In this document: positions 1 through 11,038 of the stretch, piece after piece
Layout of the letters: each line of letters opens with the position of its first letter
Numbering within the stretch: position 1 is the first letter of the stretch
Assembly: GCF_006345805.1 (NCBI RefSeq)
Contig: NC_042999.1
Coordinates: 153,140,001 to 153,204,000 of the forward strand
Length of the DNA: 64,000 nucleotides
Direction: 5' to 3'
Origin: Octopus sinensis
Taxonomy: Eukaryota
The notes under the pieces: generated by a model
Told to the model about the DNA's origin: nothing
Database searches by the model: none
Seen by the model: only the letters and a program-made list of their open reading frames with translations
Position numbers and translations under genes: made by a program

Positions 1-91
1 TATTTTAACAAGAACTTGGGTGATCTTAAAATAAATACCAAGCACATACAAGATATCCATTTGCCGCGTACACACACACATTCTTGTATTT

Positions 92-203
92 CTTTTACTT
101 GTTTCAATCATTTTGACTGACCATGCTGGAGCACCGTCTTATAGGGTTTTTAGTCAAAGAAATTAACCTCAGGACTAAGCCTAGTATTTTTTTTTATCGG
201 TTG
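92..203 (-). mobile_element. tRNA-derived SINE family A (octopus OK/OR-like), 3' tail fragment
   Basis: Matches the tail CTTTTACTTGTTTCAGTCATTTGACTG..CCATGCTGGAGCACC found in many copies in this window (e.g. 35054, 60977). Confidence 0.75.
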
Positions 204-305
204 TCAAGTGATGGCAGACTCACCCCCCGCTCTCTCTCTCTCTCTCTCTCTATGTATTGATTTTTTTTTTTTGATTTTTCCAGTTTCAGCTAATGAGCTG
301 TGGCC

Positions 306-309
<4 letters not shown>

Positions 310-361
<52 letters not shown>
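310..361. repeat. (TA)n microsatellite, one of dozens in the window
   Basis: Direct reading. Confidence 0.95.
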
Positions 362-364
<3 letters not shown>

Positions 365-543
365 CCGCGTGTGTACCGTGTGGCGATTTTTTCCCCTCTG
401 TCTTTCCTTCTATATTTCCGACGAAGAGCTCCGCTCGAAACGTTAACCCCCCTCTTTCCTCTTTCCTGAGCGTCCAATAACACTATATTGTTCCACGTCC
501 TCGCGTTGTTGTGTTTTTTTGTGCTTTCATGTTTGGATTAACT

Positions 544-546
<3 letters not shown>
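362..546 (+). mobile_element. Penelope-like terminal repeat (pLTR) fragment carrying a variant hammerhead motif
   Basis: Lies between two (TA)n arrays and is homologous to 11820-11990. Contains CCGACGA-A-GAGC-tcc-GCTC-GAAAC-GTT. Confidence 0.55.
418..446 (+). ncRNA. Variant minimal hammerhead core (U4C, extra A after A9)
   Basis: CCGACGA A GAGC/GCTC stem II, GAAAC, palindromic AACGTT stem III. Stem I is weak. Confidence 0.45.
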
Positions 547-585
<39 letters not shown>

Positions 586-627
586 TATATATATATATAC
601 GCGTGTATATATACACACACACACACG

Positions 628-766
628 ATGAGCTTTCTATCAGTTTAACTCACAAGGCTTTGGCCGACCCGAGGCAATTATAGAAGACACTTGCCCAAGG
701 TGCGACACAGTAGGACTGAACCCGGAACTATGTGGTTGGGAAACGAGCTTCGTACCACATAGCCAC
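628..766 (-). mobile_element. SINE family A head/core
   Basis: Reverse complement of GTGGCTATGTGGTA..GTTCCGGGTTCAGTCC..ACCTTGGGCAAGTGTCTTCTA. Confidence 0.8.
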
Positions 767-846
767 GAAAAGTATATTAGGAAAGTTAGAAATCAACGTT
801 GTTTGTATGTCATATTCTCCCTCCCTACCTCACTCTTTCATTATGC

Positions 847-878
<32 letters not shown>

Positions 879-1598
879 ATGTGCATTGTGTGTGACTTCC
901 ATTGTTACTAAAATGTTGTGCTCCTGGACCTGTGTCTTTGGACCTGGTTTGTGTTGCATTATTGCTTGTTTGTCGGTCAGGCTGCACGAAACCTATTAGG
1001 CCGACGTAGATAGATTAAACTCGTGGCCTGTGCAATAAATTTGAAGGTTGCATAATATTACACATAAAATGAAAGTATACGTGTACAAGGGTTGTGCGTA
1101 TGTTGTTCATACATAAACTCTTAAAGGAAATGTAGGTTATTTAATGTGTGTTTGTGTGTGTGTGTGGGAGAGGGAAGGACATTTGCAAATATGAAGGAAT
1201 TAATTATGAAAGAAATGGAAGACAGCGAGAGTGAAAGGAGATGAAGAAGAATCGCTAAGATGATAATCGGGAGTACATAATTTAGGATTTGATAAGATTA
1301 TAGAGGGATTAAATTTTCATGGTAGTTTATTTCGTTTTAACTACTATCTTTTTCTTCACGACTATTACCTCTCTCTCTCTTCTCATCATAGATGGGATAC
1401 AAAGGAGAAATGACGATGGTGATGGTGGCGGTATTACGATGAAGGAAGCGGAGATGGGGGCGGGGGGAAACCAGGATTGTTATTTTCCAAAAATTTATTT
1501 TATTTTATTTTTTTGCCAAATATGTGTACTTTGCCATATTTCTTGATGGATAAGGACATTTCTTACCTTCAGTTAAAAGACTCAGCTTCAATCGATTC

Positions 1599-1648
<50 letters not shown>

Positions 1649-1655
1649 ATATAAA

Positions 1656-1847
1656 AGCGTAGGAGTGGCTGTGTGGTAAGTAGCTTGCTAACGAACCACA
1701 TGGTTCCGGGTTCAGCACCCACTGCGTGGCACCTTGGGCAAGTGTCTTCTACTATAGCCTCGGGCCTTGTGAGTGGATTTGGTAGATGGAAACTGAAGAA
1801 GCCCGTAGTGTGTGTGTGTGTATATATATATAAAATATATTATATAT

Positions 1848-1899
<52 letters not shown>

Positions 1900-2096
1900 G
1901 TGTTTGTGTGTCTGTATTTGTCGCCCCAACATCGTTGACAACCGATGCTGGTGTGTTTGCGTACCCGTAACTTAGCGGTTCGGCAAAAGAGACCGATACA
2001 AAGAATAAGTCCTGGGGTCGATTTGCTCGACTAAAGACGGTGCTCCAGCATGGCCGCAGTCAAATGACTGAAACAAGTAAAAGAGTAAAGAGTAAG
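1656..2096 (+). mobile_element. SINE family A, full length with internal (GT)/(TA) microsatellite
   Basis: A-box TGGCTGTGTGG, B-box GGTTCAGCACCC, CORE-like ACCTTGGGCAAGT, tail ending in GTAAAAGAG repeats. Confidence 0.85.
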
Positions 2097-2544
2097 TAAT
2101 TAACATTAAACAGTCATAGCTTGAATGCAGCATGTGTAAAGAAAAAATTGCTACACGTATACAAACATGAAGAGGGTGTGTGTCAGTGACGGTTCGGTCG
2201 ACTTCCTCCTCAATACAGGTTTTTCTAAGCTACGTCACACTCTATAAACTCGGGCATTCGTCGCTGGCCATTCAATATTAACATCTTTTTAGAGCCCCCA
2301 GGCATTTCTTGGTTCTGTCATTCACTCGTCTTGTTTTAAAAACAACGAAATCTAACATCTTTTGATGGAGATAGATTAATGATTGACGGTGAGTCAAATA
2401 TATAAAAAAAGGTCAAAGGTTATCTACCTTAATCATTTGATCTTAATACCTTCAGACTATCACGCATCACTGGTTTTCGTGACCCTAGTTAGTCTGAAAG
2501 GATGTATGTGAACGGATGTTATCGTGTATATTAGCATATGTGTG

Positions 2545-2700
2545 GTCCTGGTTCTCCGTCGGTTTCGACGATGGGTGTGTACCAGTTTATTCCTTCAACC
2601 AAATAGCCTACTCGTGAAATTAACGTTCAAGTGGCTGAGTACTCCACAGAAACGCATACTCTTAATCTCAGAGAGATTCAGTGTGACAAAGAATGGGAAA
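2545..2700 (-). mobile_element. SINE family C (CORE-type) 3' half
   Basis: CTCGTGAAATTAACGTTCAAGTGGCTGAGTACTCCACAG matches the reverse of the tail at 38300-38400. Confidence 0.7.
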
Positions 2701-2707
2701 TGGCTTG

Positions 2708-3581
2708 TTATTTGAAAAGCAAGCTTCGAAATAAATGGTGATCTAATGGTGCAAGGTCATGGCTACATGGTGGCTGTGACATTACTTCCCAACCAAGCTC
2801 CAATAATTTTTCACGAGTTAGCAAAGACGTGTATGTTCTAGCATTGTCATGTTGGAACACGATTCCTGTACGATTTGCCAATTCTGGCAGTTTTTCTTCG
2901 ATTGCTTCCTCCAGTTTCATTAGTTGTTGATAGCAAACATCTGAATTGATCGTTTGGTTCCGTGGAAGCAGCTCAAAACACGCAACACCTTTGTAATCCC
3001 ACCAAACTGACAGTATGAACATTTTTGATGCAATTCCGTTTTCGATGTGGTTTGTGCTGGTTCATTACGCTTGGACCATGGTCATTCACGATTGATGTTA
3101 ATGTAGACAATCCATTTTTCATCACCACTGATGATTCGTTTTAACAAAAAAGTCGATTTCATTGCGTTTGAGATGCATATTGCAAATATTGATTCGTTGT
3201 GTTAACTGAATCTCTTTCAATTTATGTGGAGCCTAAATATCGAGTTTCTTAACGAGTCCAAGACATTTTAAGTGATTTTCAATTGTTGTGTATGTTATAT
3301 TTAATCTCTCTGCGATCTTTTACACAGTTATATGATAATCAGATTCGATTATGGCTTTGATTCGGCCATCATCAACTTCAGTAGGTCGACCAGAACGTTG
3401 GTCATCTTTGAGTGAAAAATCTTCAGAACGGAATTTTTTAAAACCATTTCTGACATGTGCGTTCTGTTAAGTAATCAACACCATAGACTCCACATATCTC
3501 TTTGTGGGCCTCAGCAGTTCTCTTGCCTTTACGGAAATAAAAAAGCAAAAATTGGCGAAAATGTTCGTTTTTGCACTCCAT
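2708..3581 (-). pseudogene. Decayed mariner (DD34D-type) transposase
   Basis: ATG at 3581 gives MECKNEHFRQFLLFYFRKGKRTAEAHKEICGVYG. Further motifs: (W)APHKL (WVPHEL), GDEKWIVY, WWDYKG, FQHDNAR, PPCSHDLAPLDHHLF (YSPDLAP). In-frame stops and frameshifts are present and the 3' end is truncated. Confidence 0.92.
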
Positions 3582-3731
3582 GTTAAAATTTACACTGAAC
3601 TAACAGCCGTAAACAAAATTACGCGCAATTTGCTTCTAAAGTAAGCTAAAAGTAACGGCTATCAAATATTAAAAGGAAAAAATCATAATATTGGCAAAAG
3701 TCATTAAAAGAAATCGTAACTCAGTCTCTCT

Positions 3732-3822
3732 GCGTGACACCTTGGGCAAATGTCTTCTATAGCCTCAGGTCGACCAAAGCATGTGAGTGGATATGGTAGA
3801 TGGAAACTAAAAGAAGCCCGTC

Positions 3823-3853
<31 letters not shown>

Positions 3854-4035
3854 TTGTTCGTGTCTGTGCTTGTTCCCCCACCTTCGCTTGGCAACCTATA
3901 TTGGTGTGCTTACGTCTCTGTAATCTAGGGGTTTGGCAAGAGAGACCGATAGAGTAAGTACTAGGCTTAAAAAATAAGTCCTGGGGTCGATTTGCTCGAC
4001 TAAAGGCTGTACTCCAGCAAAATGAAACAAAGGAG
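3732..4035 (+). mobile_element. SINE family A, 5'-truncated
   Basis: Core, internal (TA)n and tail. Confidence 0.8.
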
Positions 4036-4060
4036 TTATATATATATATATATATATATA

Positions 4061-4211
4061 ACGGGCTTGTAACTGTTTCCAGCTGTCAAATTCCCTCACA
4101 TGGATTTGGTTGGCCTCAGGCTATAGTTGAAGATAGTTGCCCAAGGTTCCACGCAGTGGGACTGAACCCGGAACCATGTGGTTGGGAAGCCAACTTCTTA
4201 CCACCGTGCCT
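4061..4211 (-). mobile_element. SINE family A head/core
   Basis: Reverse head, tail-to-tail with the preceding copy. Confidence 0.75.
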
Positions 4212-4383
4212 GTTTGTTAGTTGCTGATTAAAAACCCCGTTATCTCCTCATTTGTATCTTATACTAATTTCCGTTTCATTTATCAAACCTTAAATCAGTC
4301 ACCAACTGAGTGACAGGGGTCTTTCTGTCAGAGGAGAGAACACAACAAGTAGAATAAAGATTAGTAAGTGAACTTCTGGAATG

Positions 4384-4429
<46 letters not shown>

Positions 4430-5092
4430 AAAGAAGGAAGTCGGGCAGCGGTGAGTTAGCAGAAATGATTTAGCGCCCCCTACTGTCTTCTTTTATTCTC
4501 TCCGTCTTCTATGTCCATATTGCTACTCTGAACGACCTTACCCTTTGAGAGGGACGATCGTATTTGCATTCAATTGCTTGTCTTGTTTAAAGAAACTACT
4601 ACGGATCGCGCTGCATTGTTTGATTGTATCTTGTTTTCCACCTTCTTGCTGTGAGTTCAAATCGAGCCAAAAACGACTTTATTTCTCATTTCCTTAATGA
4701 GATGCTGGGAATGTTTTAATTATCCGTTGCGATATAAGCCTTTCAGATAACTCAAATACTCCTCTTTTTTTTCTGTGTGTATAGCACGTGTGTATGTGTA
4801 TATAAATGTAATAATTTAAACTAGGAAAGAAGTGAAATTGACATTATACACGTTTCTATAAACAGACGACATCATTTATTCCATATATCATATATTGTTA
4901 TACAGTTCATGCAACATTATGTAATACGTAGCATAATATATGGAAATATGTAATAATAATCCTACAGTCAGTTCCCTTCTTCAGGTATCATGATTTGAAG
5001 GCACGACCGACCAATATATATATATAAAAGAAATTTTTGCGTAATGAGATAAAAAACGAAGGCTGTATAGATATTAGAGCATTTATAGATAG

Positions 5093-5144
5093 GTTTTACA
5101 GTTGTTTCTAGGATATTAATTAATAATATCTCTTCATCGGAGAC
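5093..5144 (-). ncRNA. Degenerate hammerhead motif (GAAACA.CTGTA family)
   Basis: Minus strand reads GTCT-CCGATGA-AGA-GATATTA/TAATATC-CTA-GAAAC-AACT-GTA-AAAC. Confidence 0.4.
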
Positions 5145-5758
5145 GGTGTGAGAGGAAAAATTAAGTCATAGTTAGTTTCGATGTGATACAAATAGAGAGT
5201 GAAGTGGAGAAAAGCAAATTGCGCGTATATATATAACATTTGTAACGGGGCAAATTTTAGCCATTTCTCCGCAGACTTGAAAAAATGAACAACCATAATC
5301 GATTTTCGAACCTTATTGGCTTATACAGACACACACACACATATATATGATGATTGTGGAAATCGACTCAATTATCAGTATAATCATTGCTCTCTCATCT
5401 TCCCTGCAAGATATTTTTTTCTTTTTAATCTCAGTTTATGATTTACAGCTGTTTTGCTTTTTCTACAACTATGACATGTCTCCTCCCAGTTACATACAAC
5501 ACAGAATCAGGTAATCTGGTGTTCTTTCAGACTACCACTAGAAACATATTCCCTACATGATTGGTAGATATATGTTGTGAGGTCGTAAGCAAAATTATTA
5601 GCTTGCAGTGCTATGTATGATGTGACTCTCAAAGATGAGAAATAACAAAACCTTGAATTACAGCCTCTTATTTATTAGAATTTACTGATATATGATATAC
5701 TGGCCTTAATATATTTCAGAAACACGGATTTTAATGCATGTACATTACTATATTTTAC

Positions 5759-5797
<39 letters not shown>

Positions 5798-5968
5798 ATA
5801 CATATATATATATGATTATAATCACCCCACGGATTTTTATGGACAACACCATACAGAATTCTGGTGCATCTAAATTAAGTACCATATTCATTTGAATCTA
5901 AATTTTTGCTGAACTTATATATATATATTACAATGCGGAAGAGAAATCAGTCACAGATTCTGTACAAT

Positions 5969-6540
5969 TTAGGTGCATCTACATGTAAGACGCCAGAATT
6001 TGCTAGGTATCATGTGTTGGTAGTACACCGTAGATATATGTAAGTACCAAATCCAATTTAAGCAGAAGATCCGACTCCGGGTTGGTTCTAGGTTCAGCGC
6101 ACAATCCCATTTGTGTTCTTTAGTATGTCCTTTGTCACGACGATATAATTCTTTGGAGCACTGTTTATTGTCAAGTTGGAATTTGAACAACAGATTAGTT
6201 TCCGTAGGACAATTATTCTCAAAGAAGCAGCCACATGTAGGAATGAAGTTACAAGTTGGGGAAGCGACTGGGTTAGTTTTGTTGGAATAGTTTCCAGAAT
6301 TAAAATGTTTGAGAGAGCTTGCAAAATTTTTACAACAAGAATAGCTTATTTTAATCGTATTGCTATTAAAAAGCTTATAGTATTTATGATTTATCGGAAG
6401 ATGGAAAGAGATTATATTTAAGAAGTTTCTGTCAATATAGGTGCGGACGTTAAACTAAAAACTGGATTATACAATAGAATGTTTCTTGGTCTGTTTTGCG
6501 CTTGGAAACATTAGTACAGATTGTGTATTGTATTTTTATT
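5969..6540 (-). pseudogene. Penelope-like retroelement ORF relic (RT-endonuclease linker, Cys-rich segment, degenerate GIY-YIG region)
   Basis: Stop-free frame 6454 to 5969 (162 codons): NVRTYIDRNFLNIISFHLPINHKYYKLFNSNTIKISYSCCKNF..CNFIPTCGCFFENNCP. After a frameshift upstream: RNILLYNPVFS. This matches the PLE consensus IIWFNPP.S.NV.T.IG..FL.LI..HFP..H..HKIFN.NT.K.SYSC..N. Confidence 0.8.
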
Positions 6541-6716
6541 TGAAAAAAAAAAACAAAACAATAATACAAAGTGGTTTCTTAGACAAATGTCGCTATTTTG
6601 GAATTGTCAACTTATAAACATTTGTCTCCAATACTAGATCTCGTGGGGTCGGTTGCCCGGTTTCCATGGTGATTAGGTGACAGATCACGTCGTTCCCCCT
6701 GAACAGGATGAAATCC

Positions 6717-6965
6717 GTTGCGCTTGATTTAATGTTTATGGTGTTGGATTCATGATTATAAGATTGTGGTTTCGATTTTTGGTCCAGGCGACGCGTTGTG
6801 TTCTTGAGCAAAACACTTCATTTCACGTTGCTCCAGTCCCCTCAGCTGGTAAAAATGAGTAACCCTGCGACAGACTAGCGTCCCGTCCAGTGGGGAAGGA
6901 TACATGCGCCACAGGAGTGCTGAAACTAGCCCTATGAGTCCATATGACTCCGGAAAGGATCTTTA
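6717..6965 (+). mobile_element. SINE family C (tRNA head + CORE domain)
   Basis: GTTTCGAT B-box and TTGTGTTCTTGAGCAAAACACTTCATTTCACGTTGCTCCAGT CORE-like block. Confidence 0.7.
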
Positions 6966-6994
6966 TCTTTTAATCCATTGCAAGGTCACTGTAT

Positions 6995-7122
6995 AGACTG
7001 GAACAACATGGAACGAAGTATTTTGTTCAAGTACACAACGCAATGCTCGATTCGGGAATCGAAACTACAACCTTTCGATCTTGAGTGCAACACTCTAGCC
7101 ACTAGGCCACGCGTCTTCACAC
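6995..7122 (-). mobile_element. SINE family C head/CORE
   Basis: Reverse: GTGGCCTAGTGG A-box, GTTTCGATTCCC B-box, TTGTGTACTTGAACAA. Confidence 0.7.
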
Positions 7123-8228
7123 TCAAGGATTAGCAATGCAATATGACGTACATAGTTTTGGCATATAATATGCATCTCGGAATAGGAGCTATTTTCTAAA
7201 CCATTGCTAAACCATAATGCTCTTCCACATTAAAATGGAACCACCGTATATTTGGTGTGTGGACTTAAGCTCCATAAATTTATAGTATTGTCTTGAGTTT
7301 TCTAATACTTGTAGAAAATTCTCGAATCTGTTGGATGTTCCAGTAATTCTCCTTATCTCCATTAAATAACGATTAACGAAATGAATTGAAACCTAATCCT
7401 ATCCTCTTTGTAATTTAATTATTCATATTTTCATAATGGCTTTGTCTTCCTCTTCTGAAATCTCTGTTTTGTTTATGCATGCATGCATGCATGTATGTAT
7501 AATATGTGTGTATATAATACATATGTGTATTTGTGTACATATATCTATTATATTATATACATATATCTATATGTGTGTGTCGGATATTATTAAGTAGAAG
7601 TGAAACAAATATATTTAATACAAGAATCTAAATAATAGACGAATATAGAAATTAATTCGAGTAAACCATTTTAATGCATCGATATACGCTTTCTTTCTTT
7701 TTCATCCTTCCATGTCTCTCTCTCCTCCATCCTATCTATCTGCCCCTCCCTCGTTCTTCCCTTCCATACACCTATAACGATGTACACAGGTAGATCTGCT
7801 CTAAGAGATCACCTACACACTCACAATAATCTCAAAATAATGGTTCGTTCAAAATTGAAAATGTTTTCTCCATTTGTCATTGGCGTTTGATGGACACAGT
7901 GAAGCCAGACCAAATATTCAAATATCTAACGAATTCTGGTTTTTGTTCTCTCTCTCTCTCCCCCTCCATATCTCTTTCCATACACATACTGTACTGTCTT
8001 TCAGGCTGACTGTGTATCTGCTCAGGGACATGTGTACACTCTTTGTTTGTGCAGGCGCATATATATATATATATATATATGCCTTTCCTTGGGTCCTCAA
8101 TGCCAACTCTAAAAGATGAAAGACAGAGCTGATCTTTGCATTATTTGATATAAAAAAAGCATAAGGCTGAACAAATACCGCAAGAGCAATTCAGCACCTT
8201 ACAACATACAGGCAAGCATGCATACATA

Positions 8229-8697
8229 GTGAAAGAGAATACCTATGCTGAACTATTGAGAAATCTTCAGCCACTCTATCCAGATAAGTTCAGATTTTTA
8301 CTTGTAATTATTGGGGCCATGGGATCTGTAACATACGGCCTAAATGCCAATCTTGAGAAATTAGGCTTCTGGAAACCAGAAAGGAGAAAGCTAATTCGAA
8401 GGCTACAGATCCAATCCATCACTGGAACTGTAAAAATCTGTAAAACTTTCCAAAAGTTTATCATTTAAATATATATGAGCATGTCTAGATATGTAACTCT
8501 TTGCGTGAGAATATATACATAAAACATATAAATCTGCACATACATACATGCAAACAAACAAAAATACCCTGTTGCTGTTGTTGAAATTCCAATGATGGAA
8601 CCTTGGATCTAGGTTAGAAACTGGTTCTTTATTGGCAAGAAATCTTGAAATAAACTGAATAATAACATACATACATACCAATTAATTCGACAGTAAT
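8229..8697 (+). mobile_element. 3' end of an RLE-clade (R4/Dong-like) non-LTR retrotransposon
   Basis: KENTYAELLRNLQPLYP..LVIIGAMG.V..L..NLEKLG..LIRRLQIQSITGTVKICKTF* fits the RLE C-terminal K..Y..L / IIG..G / GT..I pattern. A 3' UTR and (CATA)n follow. Confidence 0.75.
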
Positions 8698-9134
8698 TCT
8701 TTTCACTCTAAAACATTTTGTAGTCAAATCATTTTTGGGATTTTTTCAAACACATTTATGTAGAGAGAATTGTCCCCGAGTCTTTGTCAGTGTCGTTATT
8801 AATTGGTTATCATTCAGATCGGTTGTTTTTGGTCAAAGCACGTCACAAGGACAAAGATGCTGTTGACTCTGTTATCTGGTCAGAGTGCGCAGGAACTTGA
8901 ATATGTGAAGCTTGGTTCATCATACGAACTTGAAATATTTTAAGCGTACTGATTCGTGGTGTGACATTATAAAATTTTAAACCTTTGCCACCCACCAGGT
9001 GTTCATTTTGGCTGTTATATGTTGTGTGTGTTTATTTTACCATTCTGCTGCGTTTTTGAGCATAGCTTCTATTATCATCTTGCAAGTCTGTCCACGTTGT
9101 CTCACGATGTTATTTACTTCTCCCTTTGTAAATT

Positions 9135-9330
9135 TGGGCATTCGGCTCATGATCATAATGTCCCAGGTTCAATTCCCGGCGGCGCATTGTGTCCTTGAGC
9201 AAGACACTTTATTTCACGTTGCTCCAGTTCACTCAGCTGCCAAGATGTGTAGTACTAGTAATCCAAAAGGCCAGCCTTGTCACATTCTGAGTTAAGGGTA
9301 CGCGTGTCTATGGAGCGCTCAGCCACTGCT
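9135..9330 (+). mobile_element. SINE family C (CORE-type)
   Basis: GGTTCAATTCCC B-box, TTGTGTCCTTGAGCAAGACACTT, family C tail. Confidence 0.75.
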
Positions 9331-9387
9331 GACCAAAGCCTTGTGAGTAGATTTGGTATCCGGAAACTGAAAGAAGCCTGTCGTGTA

Positions 9388-9433
<46 letters not shown>

Positions 9434-9720
9434 CCAAATCTATAGTAGAAGACACTTGCCCAAGGTACCACGCGGTGGGACTGAACCCGGAACCATGTAT
9501 GTGTGCGTATATATATATTTGTATGCCTGCCCACCCCCAATAAAAACATCGCTTGACAACCGATAGTGGTGTCTGCGTCCCTGTAACTTAGCGTTTCGAC
9601 AAAAGTGCCTGATAGAATACGTACCAGGTTTACAAAGAATAAACTCTGGGGCAGATTTGTCCGACTAAAGGCAGTGCTCCAGCATGACCGCAGTCATATG
9701 ACAAGTAAAAGAATAAAACA
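9331..9720 (+). mobile_element. SINE family A body with an inverted family A head (9431-9497) inside its microsatellite
   Basis: Plus-strand core and tail flank a minus-strand head fragment. Confidence 0.7.
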
Positions 9721-9771
9721 ATCTGTGTGTGTGTGCGCGTATGTATGTGTGTATGTGTGTGTGTGTGTGTG

Positions 9772-9839
<68 letters not shown>

Positions 9840-10404
9840 ATATATATATACTATTTATATTTATACTACATTGCTATTACTGTCTTCGCTCATATGGATA
9901 CATTGTGTGCGTGTGTATATGTTGTTTCGAAAAATCTATCCGCTTTATTGATTTCAAATATCAATAGAAATGTCTTATTTTTTTATTATTCCATTTCTTT
10001 CAATTATTATTTTTTTTTTTTTTTGCACTCCTTTTAAAATTTGAATTGGATGAATAGGTGCTGCTGCTGCTACTACTACTACTGCTATATGCAGTCTATT
10101 ATTCACACCGCTGCTACTAATGCTGTACATTTACTTCTGATACCACTGCTACTACTACTTGGGTGTTTTTAGTTGCAGAAATAAAATTGTATACGCCTCA
10201 GATTCACGAGTGTGTGTGTATAAGTATATAGTGATATGCATACATACGTACATACGTACATACATACATACATACATACATACATACGTATATAATGACA
10301 TGTCTATATAAAGATATAAAAATAGAAGTAGGTTGATATCTGGATATATATAATGTATATAGGTACATAATATATATTATATACCTATATATACATAGAT
10401 ACAT

Positions 10405-10590
10405 TACTACGGCAACTCCGTCGGTTGCGACGACGAGGGTTCCAGTAGATCCAATCAACGGAACGGACTGCTCGTGAAATTAACTTGCAAGTGGCTGAGC
10501 ACTCCGCAGACATGTGTACCATTAACGTAGTTCTCGGGGAGATTCAGTGTGATAAGGCTGGCCCTTTGAAATACAGACAGGTACAACAGA
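10405..10590 (-). mobile_element. SINE family C 3' half
   Basis: Reverse match to 38230-38400. Confidence 0.75.
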
Positions 10591-11038
10591 AACAGTTGTG
10601 AAGGGAGCCAATCACAGGGATTTCTATATGGAGACCCGTCTTGTAATTGTCTAATCGCCAGTCGTATTTCCTATTATATTATTGTAATATTACGCGCGCT
10701 TTTTATACGAACGTATTTCAAGTAAATGATTCTATTTGGTAACGCTGGAAAACCGAAGGCTTGCCTAAAAGTCACTTCTATTCAAGACTTCTGTATGTTA
10801 ATCATCTCTTGGTGAAAGAGAATGAGAGAGCGGTCACGGAATTCTGGGTCCATATTTAACATACATCAACGTATAATTGGACTATAAAATATCAGAAATT
10901 CGGAATAGGTCCTACCGTAGATTGCAAACTGTTTCCTTAGCGATACTGAGAGGTAATTTGAGAAAGGCAATTTACTACTAACAATGTCCAAACAAAAGCA
11001 AACTTGTGAATATAAGATGTTTATCAGACACAGTTATA

